Source: Blepharisma stoltei ATCC 30299
Lineage: Eukaryota; Protista; Ciliophora
Direction of reading: 5' to 3'
NCBI GenBank assembly: GCA_965603825.1
Contig: CBFDEM010000017.1
Span: 62,001-126,000 of the forward strand
Length of the DNA: 64,000 nucleotides
The position numbers and the translations under genes are program-made. A model generated the notes under the pieces. That model worked only from the letters and a program-made list of their open reading frames with translations. It searched no databases and was not told the DNA's origin. This document shows, piece by piece, positions 11,692-22,849 of the stretch (position 1 is its first letter; each line of letters begins with the position of its first letter).

Positions 11692-13575
11692 ATGGCGGTA
11701 ATTAGAGAGCTAGATATCGAAACAGTAAACAAGATTGCCGCTGGCGAAGTTGTTAAGCGGCCAAGCTGTGCTTTAAAAGAACTTATAGAAAATTCTTTAG
11801 ATGCTCAAAGCACCTTAATTCAAATAAAACTAATTGAAGGAGGAATGACTTTACTACAGATTACAGATAATGGCATTGGTATCCATCAAGCTGATTATCC
11901 TTTGCTTTGCAAGCGTTTTGCAACTTCAAAAATTCAGTCATATGACGATTTATCGTCTCTTACAACTTTTGGTTTTCGAGGAGAAGCCTTAAGTAGCATT
12001 TCACAAGTTTCGAAGGTAACTGTGTGTAGCAGAAAGCAAGGAGAACCTTTAGGCTATAAAGGGATTTTTCTGAATGGAAATTTGATTGAAGCACCTGAAC
12101 CTTTTGCCTTAGATAAAGGGACACTTATAAAGTCAGAAAACATGTTTAGTAATATGCATGAGAGATTGAGGGCATTGGGTAATCACGTTGAAGAATATAA
12201 AAGCTGCCTAGACATTGCTCAAAAATATTCATTACACTATAACAATGTTGGCTTTAAAGTTTTAAAATTAGATTCTTTAGAGTACTCAACATCTGGGAGA
12301 GAAGATAAAACAGAAATTATCACTAAAATTCTGAAGCCTGATGAAAATAGTTTGGCTGCTCAAATTCTCGAAATTCCTCCAACTCAAAACGAAATTTGCT
12401 CATTTCAGGGATTAATTTCATCCAACGATTATTCGTGAAAGCAAAGTTATTTTGTATTATTTATCAATAACAGGTTAGTAGATTGCAAAGAATTAAAAAG
12501 CATGATTATTGGTATTTATACGAGTTATTGCCCAAGAAGTTCGAATTATTTTGTATATTTAAGTCTAAAGATTTTACCCAGTGAAATCGATGTCAATGTT
12601 CACCCTACCAAGCGCGAAGTAAGATTCAGTCATCAGAATATCATTTTCACAGAAATTCAAAATAAAATCCAAGAAATTTTGAAGAGTAACAGCACAAGTA
12701 AAAGTTTTAATATAAGAAACTTAACTAATATTCAAGCAAAAGGCCCAGTTCCAAGCCAGCAAGTAAGGGAAAACAGCAGAGATCAAAAAATTGAGTGGCT
12801 TTTGGTAAATAAAATTAACGCTCCATCAAAAGTCAGTGAAGAAAATCTAACTTCAATTGAAGAACTAAAAGAAGAAATAAAGATAGGAAGAGAACAAGAG
12901 ATTTTTAACGATTTTAGCTATGTTGGAGCAATTGATAGAAATAGAATCTTAATTCAGCATGGTACAAGCCTATATGTTTGTTTTGCACCAGTCATTCTCG
13001 AAGCGATGGCATATCAATTCATATTAGACAAATTCGCTCAACTTTCTCACTATGAAATTCAAAACTCAGACTTGGAAATTAATGACTTAATTAGACTTGC
13101 ATTAGAAAGCCCAAATATTGGATATGATCAAAATAAACATCCTCCAATAGAGCAGTTTTGCAATTCAGCTTCGAAGCTTTTAAATGAAAAATCTGAGCTT
13201 TTAGATGAGTATTTTTCGATTTCTATTAAAGATAATAAATTAGTGAAGATTCCTGTGCTCATTGAAGGACAAATACAGCCAGATATTAATAACCTACCTG
13301 AATTTTTGCTGAGGCTTGCAGCAAATATAGATTGGATGCATGAGAAGCAATGTTTGAATGGGATTAGCGAGCTTATAGCATGATTTTATTCAAGAGTGCC
13401 TGAGGAATGAAATGATGGCGAAATAGCCAAGCCTTACTCACATTTCTACAAAAATTTTTTGTTTCCATATATAAACGGAAGATTAAGGGCTGATGCTCGA
13501 TATATTGCTGAAGGGAAAGCATTTATTCCTTTGGTGTCGACTGAAGAATTATATAAATTGTTTGAACGCTGTTAA
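11692..13575 (+). CDS. MLH1: DNA mismatch repair protein MLH1
   Basis: IAAGEV, KELIENSLDA, DNGIGI, TFGFRGEAL, DVNVHPTKREV and the diagnostic C-terminal LYKLFERC-TAA. Reaching FERC requires TGA=sense at 12436, 13381 and 13408. Confidence 0.96.
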
Positions 13576-14429
13576 ATCAAATTAAATAGTCGTGATTAGT
13601 TTAATAATTAAAATTTATACTATACTGTATAAATTTCTTATCTCAGCTGAGTTTACCATTAGTGATAAGTAGATGAAGTCCATTTTTTACTTTGTAAAAT
13701 CTAATTTGATCTTTGCATTATTTAACGTTCTATTTTGGTAATGATTGGCGTGGAATCTTGCTTAAAGTTTTGTACTTAATATTCTCAAGTGCATCGAAAA
13801 AATGTGTCATATCACTGTAAGCAACAAATAAAGCACTTTATTTCTCTAGTGCTATGATTATATGATATAATATAATTGTAATTGACTGTGATACTCTATT
13901 GTTATTTATAATAGCAGCATGCTATGAATTGTAATTCTTTTGTTGGCTAATTAATCATGAGTTTGTCTTGTAAGTGAGATGCAATAATCCATCATATTCA
14001 TCCTAATTAAAAAAATAAGTAAAGGAATTCTTCAGAGCAGAATCAAAAGATTAACATCAAATGAGAGATTTTATTCAAAGAAAAGCTAATATAGGACAAA
14101 AGGTTGATTTATAAGGGATATCTGGGTAAAATCTGATATTTGCAAACAAAATGACTGAAAAAAATTAATTTGACTTGCCATTAATTTTTGGAAAGTCCAT
14201 TACTGCACTCACATAAGAAATAAATTAGTAATTAAGGCCGGTATAAGCTCACCTTTTTATATCAGCTGCTCTATTTTAAATTACTATTGCCCTAAACTCT
14301 TTAAATATGCAATTCTGTTCTTACTTCAGCACAAATTTTCTCACATATGAGACTTGAATCATAATTATCATTCAATTATTGCGACTATTCTGGTATTTTG
14401 CGGTAATATGAAACATAGAGTTTCTATTT

Positions 14430-17261
14430 ATGAGCCATTTGAAGAAGGGTTGTAATGCATATGGCTTTAAAAATCAGCTATCTAATAATTATTATATGAT
14501 AGCGAAGAAATGCTTTGGGCCAGGGTGTGTGAATGAAGTTGGGTATGCATGCAAATGCTCTTCTCCTGAGACTTTATCTTGTGAAGTGCATGCTGTGGAG
14601 CATGCAAACTTGCCTAATAGATCTCATAATCTTGAATCTATTTTTATGCAGCCTTGTGAAGGGACAAAAGAAGCAATTCTTGAATTCCTTACAAAAGAAA
14701 ATTCAAAATATAGCGAGTTAAGAAGAAAAATTATAGAATCCTTTAGCCAGAGACTTTTCATTTCAGAGAAAGATTTAGGAGATTTCAAAAACAAATTGGA
14801 CTGTTGCTCAGATGAAATAAATGATTTCTTTGCAAAGATTTCCCAAGCTACAAAATTATTAAAGTCAGAACAAGATCCAATTTTAAGATTATTGAGTTTA
14901 CAGCCTCAAGAAGCTATTGAGAAAGTAAATTTGATGACCATACCTAGCAGAGAATGATATAAAGGTGCAAAGCTGTTTTATATATTCAATCAAAAGTTAG
15001 ATAGTCTAAATAGATCCTTCTTTACAGAAATATGTGGGGCATATCTAGAAAAAAAGAATATGCAAAATATTCCAGAAATGTATAATAAAATTATTAAGTC
15101 AGCAAATATAGAGTCAGAAAACGTTAAGGATTTGATTTCCTTGATAATAAATGAAAACAGTGAGACTTTAAAAGACCCCGAAAACGTAAACAAGCCGATA
15201 AAAAATAACTCAGAAATCGAGACAAGCTTGCATAATTCTCAAATAAGCACTGTTTCTAATGATCTCAACAGGAAACCCAATGAAACAGAAAGCACTCTAA
15301 ATGCTATAGGCACATTAAGAAATAAAGCAGCTGAGATTTTGAGTAGACCAAACAGAACAGCACACTCAGCGATTAAGACTAATACTAGTTTTTATGATCC
15401 ACCGCTAATGAAATCTTACCAAGATTATATTAATGCTTATCAACAAAAGACATCTCTTTATAATATTACAGCAGATGATAAAAACAATAGAACTTGTTTG
15501 CATATTTATAAGACTGAAACTGAAACCCAAGAAGTCAAAATCTTGCAGACTCCACAACCACTAGACTCAGGCACCTGCATAACTCAATTTCCAAATGACA
15601 AGCTATTCTGTTATGGCAATAATCTACTTTCTGGAATTACAGTGCTGATTGATGCGAATGGTGGAGCTGAAGTGCTGCCATCTGGAACTCCTTGCTCATT
15701 CTCGTCATGTATCTATCTCAACAACAGCGTCTATTGCTTTGGAGGATTTTCATCAAAATTGTTAACTCTATCTAGTAGATTCGATTTGGATCGAAATCGA
15801 TGAATTCATTTAACTCCAATTCCGCGAGCTGATTGCTTATGCAATAGTGTAATATTTAATGGAAATATTTTGATTTCTGGATATGAAAATAGCAAAATTT
15901 TGTTATACTCGATTGATATTGACTCATTCTCGACAATTCCTTATGAGTTTGAAGAGGAGAAAAGAAAGATCCTGATAAATTTAGAGAGACTGTATTTGAT
16001 TGAATGCTCTTATGGATCAATCTATGAAAGCGAAATTGGAAGTTACTCGAATTGGAGAAGAATAGGAAAATCAGCAATCGATTATCCTTTTCAAGTTTAT
16101 TGCTCATATAATAAAGGATTTATATGCATCTCAACTATTTCCTCATTCTCATCAGCTAGAGAATATTATTATTTTAATTTAGATCAAAAAATTATTATTG
16201 ATGTTGCTTACTATAATACGCGAGTCTCACTTAGAAGAGTAGGTAAAAAGATTGAAGCAATAAAATGCAATAAACAGTATAAGCTCGATCCTTATTATCT
16301 GGATGAATGCAATGTAAAAGGTATTGCTCTAAACGCTTTAGGAAAAAAACTAGAAGCAGTCGAATGCTATGACGAAGCCATCAAACTCAATCCAAAAGAT
16401 GCAGATTTATACAGTAAAAAAGGCATCGCTTTTTATGATTTAAGAAGATACCTAGAAGCAATCGAATGCTATGACGAAGCAATCAAACTCAATCCAAATG
16501 ATGCTATTTATTCCGATAATAAAGGCAACGTTCTTTATAGGTTAGGAAGATATCTAGAAGCAATCGAATGCTATGACGAAGCAATCAAACGCAATCCAAA
16601 CGATGTTGATTTATACAATCATAAAGGCAACGCTTTTTATAGTTTAGGAAGATATCTAGAAGCAATCAAATGCTATGACGAAGCAATCAAACTCAATCCA
16701 AACAATGCTGATTTTTATATTTTAAAAGGCAATGCTTTTTATGAATGAGAAAGATATCTAAAAGCAATCGAATGCTATGACGAAGCAATCAATTTCGATC
16801 CAAACAATGCTGATCTTTACTGGAAGAAAGGATATGCTTTAAATGAGTTAGGAAGATACCCAGAAGCAGTAAAAAGCTATAACAAAGCAATCAAAATCAA
16901 GCCATATAAAGCCAAATTTTATAATGCTAAAGGCAATACTCTTTATGCTTTAGAGAGATATCAAGGAGCTATACAATGCTATAATAAGGCAATCAAGCTT
17001 AAACCCAATAATCCTTTGCATTTCTGCAACCGAGCTAGAGTATTTAATGATCTTAGAAAAGAAGCAGCTGCTTTGCAGGACTTTAATAGGGCTTATAATT
17101 TGAAGAAAGAATATCAAGAAAGTGATGCTTTTACTGGAGATGAATGAAAGCTTTCTGAAAAAGATATCAATTTTATTAATGATGTATTAGGCCGAGACCG
17201 TGTTGAACTACTCCAAAAAAGCAGGTTAATAAAATTTGGTTATAATAAGCTATCATTATAA
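14430..17261 (+). CDS. Cys/His-rich N-terminus + coiled coil + kelch-like repeats + TPR array (start may be ATG 14497)
   Basis: Three track ORFs plus a 3' extension join across TGAs to TAA 17259-17261. VYCFGG...RFDLDRNRW is kelch-like; about 7 TPRs of the form GRYLEAIECYDEAIKLNP. Confidence 0.85.
16352..17060 (+). repeat. Tandem 102-bp TPR-coding repeats (about 7 units)
   Basis: GAAGCAATCGAATGCTATGACGAAGCAATCAAACTCAATCCAAA recurs with a 102-bp period; the later units are more diverged. Confidence 0.9.
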
Positions 17262-17358
17262 TAATTATATATCAAATTGAATACTTAATCTTTATATATA
17301 TTTAAAATCTCATTAAAAAAGATAAGCAGCCATAATTTATAATTAAATCTTAGGCGGG

Positions 17359-18027
17359 ATGGGAGAAAAGAGGAAAAAAGTCAAAACAGAAAACGAAGAA
17401 TCAAAAGAAAAGGTTAAAAGTCCTCCAAAGATAGAGCTTACAGATGAAGAAGCTGCTGTTTTGGATTATATGGTAAGACAAAATAGACCTTACAGCGCTT
17501 TAAATGTTACTGACAATCTTCGAGGCGCTGTGAAAAAAACAAACTGTGCGAAGGTACTTGATAGACTAACTGAACTAAAGAAGATTCAAGCCAAAGACTT
17601 TGGGAAAGCTCGTATTTATTTGGTTAATCAAGAATCACTGCCTCAAGCAAGCGAAGACGAAATTGCAGCTATGGATCATGAAATTGCTGAGAAAACAGAG
17701 GAGATGAATAAATTGAAAGAAGAAACTAAAGATATTCAAATTCAAATTAAAGAATTAGATGAAGAGTTAAGTATGGAAGAAATTGAAAAAGCATTAAGTG
17801 AGCTAAATCGAGAGGTAGAAGAGTTGCAAAACGAAGTCCAAATGTTAAAAGATGCAGGATGCGTGACAGAAGAAGAAAGCAAAGCATTGGAGATTCGAAG
17901 GAAAAATATTTTGCCTGAAGAATCCAAGAGAAAGAGAATGTTTAATGAGTTCTTAAGAGGTATTGCTGACATGATGGATGTCTCATTAAAAGAATTGAAG
18001 AATAAAATTGAAATTGATGAGCCTTAA
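17359..18027 (+). CDS. HOP2: Homologous-pairing protein 2 (Hop2/TBPIP)
   Basis: VLDYMVRQNRPYSALNVTDNL...KDFGKARIYLVNQ winged helix followed by coiled coil. Confidence 0.88.
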   Translation: MGEKRKKVKTENEESKEKVKSPPKIELTDEEAAVLDYMVRQNRPYSALNVTDNLRGAVKKTNCAKVLDRLTELKKIQAKDFGKARIYLVNQESLPQASEDEIAAMDHEIAEKTEEMNKLKEETKDIQIQIKELDEELSMEEIEKALSELNREVEELQNEVQMLKDAGCVTEEESKALEIRRKNILPEESKRKRMFNEFLRGIADMMDVSLKELKNKIEIDEP

Positions 18028-18267
18028 TTGCACCAGAAATAATGATAATAAATTAGTTTATAAGTTAGCAAAGTTATTTAACGATAAAATAAGGCTTCTT
18101 TGTTTATCAAACTATGAATTAAATATCATTGAATCTTTGCATTTTTATTATTTACTTTAGTCCGCGGCATTAATTTCCCTATCACCTTATATTATTTATT
18201 TTAAAGGGCAAATTAGAATTTTATCCAGCATAGTTAAAAATGAAGCTTTTTGATATAGATCTTATAA

Positions 18268-18636
18268 ATGGACCAGTGGATAGATGAGAACATTGAAAGA
18301 ATCGATTTTGAGGATTTATTAGAGCTCGATAGAAAAATCAAACAACATTTTTACATAACAGCTTGCTCATTTGGAGCAGCAGTAATAATCCAGCAATCAG
18401 TCATACGAAATCCAAACTATTTATCTGAAAGCAAAGGACTTTTAAGAATATTTAAGGGATCTTTTTGGATTTTATTTCCTTTTATAACTGGCTATTATGG
18501 CTACACAACTGGCGCAAAGAGAAGAGATAGTTATGTTAGAAAGCTCATCAACAAATATGATGAAATCGATTTTGATCCTGATGAAGAGACTAATAATGAA
18601 ACTAATGATGACACTAGAAATAATAAATCTAACTAG
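18268..18636 (+). CDS. Small two-TM hypothetical protein, 122 aa
   Basis: ATG to TAG ORF with two hydrophobic segments and an acidic tail. Confidence 0.6.
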   Translation: MDQWIDENIERIDFEDLLELDRKIKQHFYITACSFGAAVIIQQSVIRNPNYLSESKGLLRIFKGSFWILFPFITGYYGYTTGAKRRDSYVRKLINKYDEIDFDPDEETNNETNDDTRNNKSN

Positions 18637-18972
18637 CTTTATTTAGTAGAGCAATAATATCAATTGCATTTTATAAAGCAAAAAGATCCAATTCATTTTC
18701 TTAATATCAAATCACACCTTCAAAAAAGAGTTTCTTTTTCTTTAGCTATTTGTTTATTTAAGAAAAAGATCTTTATTTCTATAGCAGAGAGGCTTGATCT
18801 ATATGGCTTTAAAAATAATAAAATAGAAAAATGCACTGTGTTAGACGAACATATTCGGATCTACTTTTATCATTTAATTCTTCTTTGTATTCTGCTTGGA
18901 TACTTATTACATTTAATTAGATTTAACTTGTTTAGTTATAATAGCACTAAGGATAATATTTTAAGTAAAATC

Positions 18973-20727
18973 ATGAGACGATATCGACCAAGGTCTTCAG
19001 CCTCACAAACCTCGAAAGATTTATTGCTGGAAAGAAGTTTGCCTTCTCCTTTTGATTTTAAAGAAAAAACACAAGCCGAAAATGAGCTGGAATTTGAACT
19101 AAAATCCTCTGGAAATTTTGGAACTGTTGAAGATTCTGAATCATCAAGAAAAAGAACGTTAGACTTACTAGAAACCCAAACCCAAAATTTCAATAAAGAT
19201 TTAGAAGACCAGCTTATTGCAAGGGACCATCACATAAATGAGCTAAATAACTCAATTTTGATGCTCAGAACAATCGTGAAGATTAAAGAAGATGAGATAA
19301 GCCAGTTAAAAAACACAAACCTGATGGAAAGCGAGTCAAGAGATTCAATTGAGAATTATAAAAAACAAATTGAAGAGTACAGAAAAAGCGATTGCTTACT
19401 AAGCAGTGAAAAAGAAAAGTTGAAAAAAGAAATCGAAGAAACTAAAGAAAAAATTGCTGAATTAAAATCTCAATTAGAAATTAAAGAAAGCAGCCAGAAT
19501 GAAATAAAAAAAGATATTAAAGAGATTTCAGAAGTGTTTACAAGAATGTCATCTCTTAATTCAGAATTGCAAGAAAAAGTTGAAAAATTAAGTGAAGAGT
19601 TACAAGAAACTTACAGGAAATATTATGAAGCTGAAATAAAAGCAAAATTTGCAGACAAACTGCAGCTAGAAATTGACAGTATTATAAAATCAAAATCCAA
19701 ATTAAAAAGAGAAAATACATCTTATTTAGCCACACAAGAGAGCATTAAAGAAAAGCTTTCCCAAGCTAATGAAGCAATATTAGCTTACGAAGAAATGCTG
19801 AATTCTTTACTTGCAGATTTAAAATCTGAAGAATACCTCGAAAACAAGCTAAAATCAGCAGCTCAATTTTGCATTGATTTTCAAGAAATGAATGAAAAAT
19901 TAAAAAATTCTTTAAATTCCGCTGATTTCCACCAGGAAAATAATAATCAAAAAAATGAAGAAATCAAAAATGCTAAAATAGAACAACTAGAAGAAGAAAA
20001 TTCTAAGCAAAGGATTCAGATTACTGAGCTGAACGAAAAAATTGAGACTCTTCAATTGGAAATAGATACATTAACACGCCTAAATCAAAAGCTTAAAAGT
20101 GACTTTTTAGAAAGCACCTCAAAAATAAAAAATCAATTTAATATAATAAAATCCCAGAACGATAAATACAAAGATCAGCGAAAACAAGCAATTGCTGAAA
20201 GAGACACCAAGGACATAGAGCTTCAAGAAATGAAAATAAGACTTGCCCATGCCTCTGAAAAAATTGAAAAAATCAGGGAACATAACCGAACTTTAAACGA
20301 AAAAATTAGCCAAATGCAGCATCATCACGCGAATTCCCAAAGCGAGACTTTGCCTTTAGATATATATAAAAACAGCAAAGAATTGGCATATAATGAAGTA
20401 CTTCGTGAAGAAATTTTTAAAAAAGACACCGAACTTGTACGAAAATCCAAAGACATATTAAGGCTTGAAAAAGAGCTCAAAGAGCTCAAAGATACCATAA
20501 TTCAGGCAAAAAGTCAAATAAATGAAGACGAGTATCAAAATATTTTGGACGACAAAGACAAAGAAATAGAAATATTAAAAGGGATGCTAAAAGGAGCTTA
20601 CTCAGAAACCAGAGTAAAAGAAGGCAAGCTGTTTATGATGAGAAGGAAGCTTGGAAATATATCTGATAAGCTTGGAAGTATGACTGACAGGAATGAACAT
20701 ACTCGGCAGCACACGACACTTATTTAG
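18973..20727 (+). CDS. Long coiled-coil protein
   Basis: E/K/Q-rich heptads. First ATG at 18973 (MRRYRPRSS); the upstream TTG-started portion looks non-coding. Confidence 0.75.
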   Translation: MRRYRPRSSASQTSKDLLLERSLPSPFDFKEKTQAENELEFELKSSGNFGTVEDSESSRKRTLDLLETQTQNFNKDLEDQLIARDHHINELNNSILMLRTIVKIKEDEISQLKNTNLMESESRDSIENYKKQIEEYRKSDCLLSSEKEKLKKEIEETKEKIAELKSQLEIKESSQNEIKKDIKEISEVFTRMSSLNSELQEKVEKLSEELQETYRKYYEAEIKAKFADKLQLEIDSIIKSKSKLKRENTSYLATQESIKEKLSQANEAILAYEEMLNSLLADLKSEEYLENKLKSAAQFCIDFQEMNEKLKNSLNSADFHQENNNQKNEEIKNAKIEQLEEENSKQRIQITELNEKIETLQLEIDTLTRLNQKLKSDFLESTSKIKNQFNIIKSQNDKYKDQRKQAIAERDTKDIELQEMKIRLAHASEKIEKIREHNRTLNEKISQMQHHHANSQSETLPLDIYKNSKELAYNEVLREEIFKKDTELVRKSKDILRLEKELKELKDTIIQAKSQINEDEYQNILDDKDKEIEILKGMLKGAYSETRVKEGKLFMMRRKLGNISDKLGSMTDRNEHTRQHTTLI

Positions 20728-20733
20728 AAAATA

Positions 20734-21177
20734 TTAATTTGGTAAATTTTTGTGAGTTAAAATTATGTTTTGTAGCCCTGATACTATAAGTTGGTTATTC
20801 TTATGGATTTCTCCTTGGGTGTAAGCAATTTTCCCTTCTATGCTAGTGCACTTAGATTTCAAGATGATGATTTCGCCGATTTTGGCTGATCCATAAAAGG
20901 ATACATTCATGTTAACACTTAAGGTTAAAGTGGAGGACTCGTTAAGGGTTCAAACAGTTAGAGTTGTGGTCGCATCTAATAGCGTTGTAAGTGTTCCTGT
21001 TGATAATAAGCCAAAATCATCACAAAAGTCTTTATGAATAGGCAAGGAAAATGTTAAATGTGCTTCTGGCGAAACTTCAAGGAGCTCGAGATGGGGATAT
21101 AGTATTTGACCAAAGCAGGGCTTTTGAGTTGCCATTGTTTTTAGCCTTTGGAATGCGCTAAATGCTTTTGCTTGCAT
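20734..21177 (-). CDS. Hotdog-fold acyl-CoA thioesterase (PaaI/ACOT13-like), 147 aa
   Basis: GLLSTGTLTTLLD motif. TGA 20950-20952 aligns with Trp in the adjacent paralog; the frame continues to TAA 20734. Confidence 0.82.
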
Positions 21178-21216
21178 ATTCTTAGAAATTTAATTATTTA
21201 TTGATATTGCTTATTA

Positions 21217-21666
21217 TTAGTCACCTAGCTGCACCTTTCTTCCTAGCAAGTAAACTGTGTGCAGTGCTGTAGCAATCACTTTATCTTTATTATAAGCTTC
21301 TCCATAGGTGTATCCCATGTCCCCTTCAAATCTTTGGCACTTTGCCTTAATCAAGATCTCATCCCCAATTCTGGCATTACCTGAAAATGACACAGTCAGC
21401 TGCACTCCTAACGTCATTCTCTTTTCTGTATTTAGCAGCCATAAAGGCATACCAGTCGTTGTGTCCATTATAGAAGACATAGCTCCATTGCTAAGATTTC
21501 CATTATAATCGCAAACCTCTTGAGTTACATTCAATGAGAGTACCAAGTTCCCTTCGTCACTTACTTCTTTAAGCTCCAAATTTTTGGCGAAAAATGAATC
21601 AAAACGATTTTGCTGGAGGACTCTGGTTTTATAAATTTGGAATAAGGAGCGAGCTCTACTTTGCAT
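21217..21666 (-). CDS. Hotdog-fold acyl-CoA thioesterase (PaaI/ACOT13-like), 149 aa
   Basis: GNLSNGAMSSIMD, LTVSFSGNARIGD; tandem paralog of 20734-21177. Confidence 0.82.
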   Translation of the reverse strand: MQSRARSLFQIYKTRVLQQNRFDSFFAKNLELKEVSDEGNLVLSLNVTQEVCDYNGNLSNGAMSSIMDTTTGMPLWLLNTEKRMTLGVQLTVSFSGNARIGDEILIKAKCQRFEGDMGYTYGEAYNKDKVIATALHTVYLLGRKVQLGD

Positions 21667-21691
21667 TATTTAAAAATGCTATTAAAAGTAA

Positions 21692-22756
21692 CTAAATTAA
21701 TAAGCTATAAATTATAGCAAAAGCAATTAAATGCTGTGATGAGTCAAGAGCATTCCAGTACTCTTCTGTGACAGTAGCTTTAATACAAGCATCATTTTCA
21801 AGAATTTTGGAATAGTTGTTAAAGTTCCAAGTCGCAGCTGTAATATCACTTAATGCTCCAACTCTGCTTAAACACAAAGTAGAGCCTCTTCTAAAAGTGT
21901 TGCACTTGTTGTCAGTCTTGACTATAGCATTTTTCCAGGCGCTAATTAAATTTAACCCTGGTGCATCTCCAATAAAAGGTGCGCAATAGCCAGTTCCTTT
22001 TGGATTATACCCACATGAGCAGCTACTTAAATAAAGATTAGTGCCATCTGTTCCTTGGCAATCAGTGTATATTGTGCAAGCCTGAGGAAGAGCCACACTT
22101 GTAGGAGCTGTCGCACAAACCCCTAAATTCCCAAACCAATCAGAAACTTTACAAAACCCTGTTTTACACATCTGAGAAAATCCATTAGCACAATCAGTTA
22201 CAATTTGCCCAATCGCCAAAGATGCATAGGCAAAACAGATTCCGTTATCCATCGAATAAGTCATGTTACATCCAGCATAATTTTTACAGTCATAGCTGCT
22301 TCTGCATCCACTTCCATTTGCCGCTATTTGCTCTTGACATGTAGAATTTAGAGAGCAATAAAGCCCAGGGTCACATTGCTCATGAGAAGTGCAGTTCACC
22401 CCTTTCCCCAAACCTTTACATACATACGCATAACAATTTCCATATACACAATCTGAATTCAATGCACACGCTTCCCCCGGATACGCCAAAGCTTGCACTG
22501 CAGCTGGAGGCACAATGCACGACCCGTTATTCGGATTACAATACGTCGCCGTCGTAGACTGGCAACTCCTCAAATAATAAGTGCTATTATTTTTCATCAT
22601 ACAATAACCTGTAGGCATGTTAAAGTTAAAGGGCGCACACGAGTAAGCTGAGCACGAGACCGTTGTAGCCTCAACTGGAGTGTTAAATTGTATATGGTAA
22701 GCAGAAACTGAGGAGAATAAAATGAAAAAGACTGTGACAGCCATTATCAATTTCAT
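21692..22756 (-). CDS. Cys-rich secreted, probably GPI-anchored surface protein, 354 aa
   Basis: N-terminal signal peptide, many CxxxxxC motifs (CTSHEQCDPGLYC), hydrophobic C-terminal tail. Confidence 0.8.
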   Translation of the reverse strand: MKLIMAVTVFFILFSSVSAYHIQFNTPVEATTVSCSAYSCAPFNFNMPTGYCMMKNNSTYYLRSCQSTTATYCNPNNGSCIVPPAAVQALAYPGEACALNSDCVYGNCYAYVCKGLGKGVNCTSHEQCDPGLYCSLNSTCQEQIAANGSGCRSSYDCKNYAGCNMTYSMDNGICFAYASLAIGQIVTDCANGFSQMCKTGFCKVSDWFGNLGVCATAPTSVALPQACTIYTDCQGTDGTNLYLSSCSCGYNPKGTGYCAPFIGDAPGLNLISAWKNAIVKTDNKCNTFRRGSTLCLSRVGALSDITAATWNFNNYSKILENDACIKATVTEEYWNALDSSQHLIAFAIIYSLLI

Positions 22757-22849
22757 ATTTTATCTTCATAGTTAAGTGCTAACCCTTTAATTTTCACTAA
22801 ACTGCAGCTGCAGTTCATTTTTCGTCCATATTTCATATTATTTGAATAT

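Noticed and set aside
16352-17060. Regularly spaced repeats that might suggest a CRISPR-like array
   Set aside because: The period is 102 bp, in frame, and encodes TPR motifs; the variable parts are homologous, not unique spacers.
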